From positions 124,001 through 188,000 of the forward strand of contig NW_027117348.1 of NCBI RefSeq assembly GCF_038025025.1: 64,000 nucleotides of DNA, in the 5' to 3' direction. Below the pieces are notes generated by a model. The model worked only from the letters and a program-made list of their open reading frames with translations, searched no databases and was not told the DNA's origin. This document shows, one piece after another, positions 60,007 to 64,000 of this stretch (within the stretch, counting starts at the first letter, position 1; each line of letters opens with the position of its first letter). Position numbers and translations under genes: made by a program. The DNA is from Phyllosticta citribraziliensis. Its lineage: Eukaryota.

Positions 60007-60673
60007 AGGTCAGGCAAGGTAGGTGGCGTGCAGATTCGATGCGCGCAGCAACCTATGGGGGACTAGGGAGAGAGGTGAGTGTTTTTCTCTTAGACGAGAA
60101 TTGCAATAGAGTATAGATTTTCTTGATCTTTGACAGCCATGGTGGATGCTTGAGAAATGTGAATCAATTGGTGCTGTGTAGACGTATCGTGCGTTGCTAG
60201 GGATTTGTTGTGAAATTTGCTGTTGACTTGCAGAAGAACTCGCCCCTGAAATGCTGATTCCGCATGCCGCCTAGCATCTCAATCTGGTCGTGAATTAGCT
60301 CAGCTCGGAGTGAAGTTTGATCTGCGTGATTGGTGTTGAGTTTCAAAATTGTCCGGATTGGGCTTCTTGGTAAAGGGTCGAGAAGGGAACAAAGAAACAA
60401 AGAGTCCTAATGCGGCGCCACCCGCACTTTCGACTTCTTTGTTGCTCAACCAAAACCTTCGTGTAATCTCAACTTGACGCATCCGGCGATGTCAACGGAG
60501 CATTGTTCTCTCGATACGAGTCTGAGCTCGCTGCCACTCTTCTCGACAGCCGAATCTCCTGGCTTTTTGTTAATCGCCATTTTCTTCCCAACTTGACTCC
60601 AAGGTCCACTCAGATCAACCCATTCACCTGCAAGCCTGACTACGCCGGAGCAAGGCGGCATCGTCCCTGTACA

Positions 60674-63013
60674 ATGGAGCAGTTTCCGTACAACTCTCCG
60701 CCCCAAACGCCAGTCAAGCGAATGATCAACCCAGAGCCATTCGACAATACTCCACTCGGACCTCTTCCGGAACTTCCTCAGTGGCTGCAGGACAAGTCCA
60801 GCACGCCTGCGAGGCAAGAAATCAATTCTGATCAAAGACCACGCACGACGAACTGGATCACATCGCGCGCTTTTCCTCCGCGGCCACAACACGGAAGAGC
60901 CAACCCAGAGACGTCTCTGAGGCAAGCATTGGAGTTTGGTTTGAGGTCGCGCAGCAGCGACGCCGCAAGGTCAACTGCGCCTCCTCCTTCGTCACAACCC
61001 GTTTCCGAGACACCTGCGTCGGAGGTGGTCGACGAGACTGACAGACCTGGATCTCCATGGCCGTCACCAAGACTACGCCAGACAGAATGGGCGCCCACGC
61101 CAACAGCGCGATTGGGAGAGCGAGCACCGCCCAGCCCTGTTGCCCCGAAAATGCCAGGTCAATACCCTCCTGAAGTAGCTGGACGCAAGACTGTGCATTT
61201 CAGAAACACGCCCGTCGTATACGAAGTCGAACGCACCGGCTGGAGGCCAGTCCCCGAGCAGCGTAGACGCCGACACAACAACCGGCGCTTCCGAGTCGTC
61301 GAGGTAGACCGCCCACCAATCTTTCCTGATTCTTTCACGAAAATGGCTTTCGATCTGCTGCCGTGGACATTTTTTGTTGCGTTCGTCGTCGCTTTTGTCG
61401 GCATAATGACGCAATTGAAAGGCAGCGCACCAATCGCGCAGCTTGATATGCGATCCAGGATTCCGCCCGACTTCTTCTTTACGCACCGAGAATTCCGCAA
61501 ACTGACGCCAGAAAAAGCACCGGCGTATGAATATCTTTCGAAGGCTGGAAATGCGGGCATGGGACATCTGGACCAATTGATCCGGTTGAACAAAGAGGCT
61601 GAGAGGCAGGAGAAAGTCGACGGGTCGAAAAAGAAAGAGTGGCATTCTTTGTCCCGAAGGCTCGATTGGGTGAGGATCGAATGGGATGATGTGTTGCACA
61701 ACGTCCGCGGGGCGGAGAAAGATTTGATCACTCAGTCCACACACTGGTACGACACCAAGGCCGCTGCGCAGTGCAGTCTGCACTCACCACAGATGGGGTC
61801 TCTTGAAGCGCTTGAAAGACGAAAGGCACGCGAGGGATGGCTCGAAGACATCCGAAACGCGGCAAGCTTCTCAGCAAAGGCCATTGAAAACCAATCTCGG
61901 TTCGTCAATTCGTCCCTGGACACAGCCAAAAGAGTTGCGGACATGATGTTGCCTTCTGGATGCGGACAGTGGGAAAACATACTCCTCGGTCCAGACTTTG
62001 AAGAGGAAAAACCAGGATACTTTGATAGACTACCAAGCCTCTACGCCAAGTTTGCGCCTTCTTGGACGAGCAAGTGGCTGGAACGGAAGAGAAGGAGGAT
62101 GCAGATTTGCTCGGTGTTGGTGCCACATCTTGCTTACTTTCAGGACTATGTTCGGATCGTGATTCTCAGCAATGAGCATCTCCGAGCCGCGGCGCGAGGA
62201 GTAGCGGAGTTGACCGGGGTTGATGATTCTCCAGTCAGTTTCGACGACACAATCCCACCACCTGTCATCGTGACCAGCGACGATCTCAACTTGCCGACGA
62301 TTTCCTTGACCAGTCATGATGAAGGTGCAGCTGAAGCAGCGAAGACTTCTTATCCCGCTGAGGGAGTTGAGGGAAACCAGACGTCCACCACTCCAATATT
62401 GCCGAATCATTCCCCCCGGGGGCCTGCTTACCGGGCAAGTGTTTGGAGTCCTGTGCACAAGACCGATGAGGAGGCGTCGAAAGAGGCTCTGGGCGAGAGT
62501 CAATCGGACACGACACCGCAAATCGCCGGAACGAGTCCAACTGCACCTACTGAACCGAGGACCGGAGGAGACGCATCAGCTGAAAAAGGAAAAGAAAACA
62601 GCCCCGTTGAGAACGAAGCGCCGACAGTCGATGATGCCAGTCTGACGTCGAGTCTGGAGCCAAGCACCAACGAAGTCGCAGCGCAGACAGAAGCTGAAAA
62701 CGTCTCGCCTTCTCCTCATCAAGCTGTCCCTAGCTGCGAACCTGGATCAACTTTACCTTGTGATCTTCCGGTCCAGACTGGAGGGGTTACATTGCCAGAA
62801 GCCGAGGAGAGCATCCCTCCCTCAACCAGCAGCATCAACGAAACCCCGTCGCAGCGCAACTCGCATCTCGGAAACGCGGCACGAGAGGCCAAGAAAGAAG
62901 GCTCCAAACCTGCCACTCCAGCTGCTCCGGCGACCATTGACGACATTTTCCGGGCTTGGGACAAGATTGTGGGAGGCATCAGCTTGGTTATTGAGAGGGA
63001 GTTTAGGACTTGA
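60674..63013 (+). CDS. Hypothetical protein with one central TM helix
   Basis: Long uninterrupted ORF; likely start MEQFPYNSPP; TM LLPWTFFVAFVVAFVGIM; disordered termini. Confidence 0.75.
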   Translation: MEQFPYNSPPQTPVKRMINPEPFDNTPLGPLPELPQWLQDKSSTPARQEINSDQRPRTTNWITSRAFPPRPQHGRANPETSLRQALEFGLRSRSSDAARSTAPPPSSQPVSETPASEVVDETDRPGSPWPSPRLRQTEWAPTPTARLGERAPPSPVAPKMPGQYPPEVAGRKTVHFRNTPVVYEVERTGWRPVPEQRRRRHNNRRFRVVEVDRPPIFPDSFTKMAFDLLPWTFFVAFVVAFVGIMTQLKGSAPIAQLDMRSRIPPDFFFTHREFRKLTPEKAPAYEYLSKAGNAGMGHLDQLIRLNKEAERQEKVDGSKKKEWHSLSRRLDWVRIEWDDVLHNVRGAEKDLITQSTHWYDTKAAAQCSLHSPQMGSLEALERRKAREGWLEDIRNAASFSAKAIENQSRFVNSSLDTAKRVADMMLPSGCGQWENILLGPDFEEEKPGYFDRLPSLYAKFAPSWTSKWLERKRRRMQICSVLVPHLAYFQDYVRIVILSNEHLRAAARGVAELTGVDDSPVSFDDTIPPPVIVTSDDLNLPTISLTSHDEGAAEAAKTSYPAEGVEGNQTSTTPILPNHSPRGPAYRASVWSPVHKTDEEASKEALGESQSDTTPQIAGTSPTAPTEPRTGGDASAEKGKENSPVENEAPTVDDASLTSSLEPSTNEVAAQTEAENVSPSPHQAVPSCEPGSTLPCDLPVQTGGVTLPEAEESIPPSTSSINETPSQRNSHLGNAAREAKKEGSKPATPAAPATIDDIFRAWDKIVGGISLVIEREFRT

Positions 63014-64000
63014 TTTGTTTGCAAGGCCTGGTAATGGATTTGTTGACGTTTGTTGCTTGATGGCGGCGAAGAATACAGAAAGGCGTGATCTAGTTTGTTT
63101 TCGGTCGAATTCTCAGCTCTTTCGCAATGTCTGCTCCAAACCTAGGTGTATCCGCGTTCCATTGATTTTTTCAAAGAAAACGTAGTTGTGCAGCTCCAAG
63201 AAAATAGCCACATGGCTCGTCCTGCCGCTTGTTGCTTGTACGTGTTCAACATGGCAGTGTTACTCAACGACTCCAAATGTAAAAGCCACCACGAAATATA
63301 TCGCCAACCCCAAGCTCCTGGATTTCACGACACGTAGCCACCGGCCTGAAACGTGGATCCGCCATGAAGCCGGTAACAAAACCTGATGTTTTCTCGGCGC
63401 ATCGACAAGACGCGGTTGTAGAGGATTGTCGCGAGCAATACTTCGAGCGTGACGTACTGGCCTTGATCTACGCTCGGTTGGCACCTTGCGTTGTCGAAAT
63501 TCTGTGGAGTGGGGAACAAAGCGAGTATTTCGATCAGGACAGTGAACCGAAGAGTCGCCCGCCTGGTGGATGAATGAGCTACTTTCGACTCTCGGTTTTG
63601 TTGTGACACTCACCTTGAACGATGCGCTGCAAGCCCGAGATACTAAAGAGCATGTGGATGTCGTGATACTTCCCGGCTCAACAGCGCAGTGGTCAAATTG
63701 CGTAAGAGTAATGTGCGGAGTCGACGAAGACGAGCTGCGCAAGACGGGGCTGCTGGCGACAGAGCAGCAGAATGCAAAGAGGAGACATGCAGCAGAAGGG
63801 TGTGGCCGCAGTGAGATACGTGTAATGATTGGGTTTGTTATCCAGCCGGCAGCCCGTTCGGAAAAAGATGCACCGCAGCACTCGGCCATCTATCCTCGGC
63901 CTCGGTCCTCTCACGACTCCCACTAGCTAGAAAGACAAATTAGAGGGATAATTTATCCCCGGGTGTAAAGCTGCACCCTTTGCGAGCTAGTTTGGCAGCG

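Noticed and set aside
63364..63926. Two overlapping plus-strand ORFs at the right edge
   Set aside because: Possibly a degenerate gene, but I found no consistent splice model or motif.

Overview
Eukaryotic genomic DNA from a filamentous ascomycete, probably a Sordariomycete (short GT-AG introns with CTRAC/CTAAC branch sites, GC-rich coding regions); the genus cannot be fixed from sequence alone. Three genes are recognisable: a DUF3433-type membrane protein running off the left edge, a chromodomain/AT-hook protein, and a secreted GMC (AA3) oxidoreductase. Most of 17-55 kb is an island of small orphan genes, many coiled-coil. The main signal is invisible to the ORF track: 6.45-11.57 kb on the minus strand is an apparently non-coding host transcript of 24 consecutive introns, 23 of which each hold one paralogous box C/D snoRNA-like RNA about 50 nt upstream of the branch point. 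Also notable: a tRNA-Asp(GTC) gene carrying a normal tRNA intron plus a 56-nt spliceosomal-type intron in its T-loop/B-box; a second ~370-bp-period repeat array with a conserved 23-nt hairpin core; and a 364-bp hAT-type MITE with an exact 8-bp target-site duplication. All gene models were read by eye and no database searches were run.
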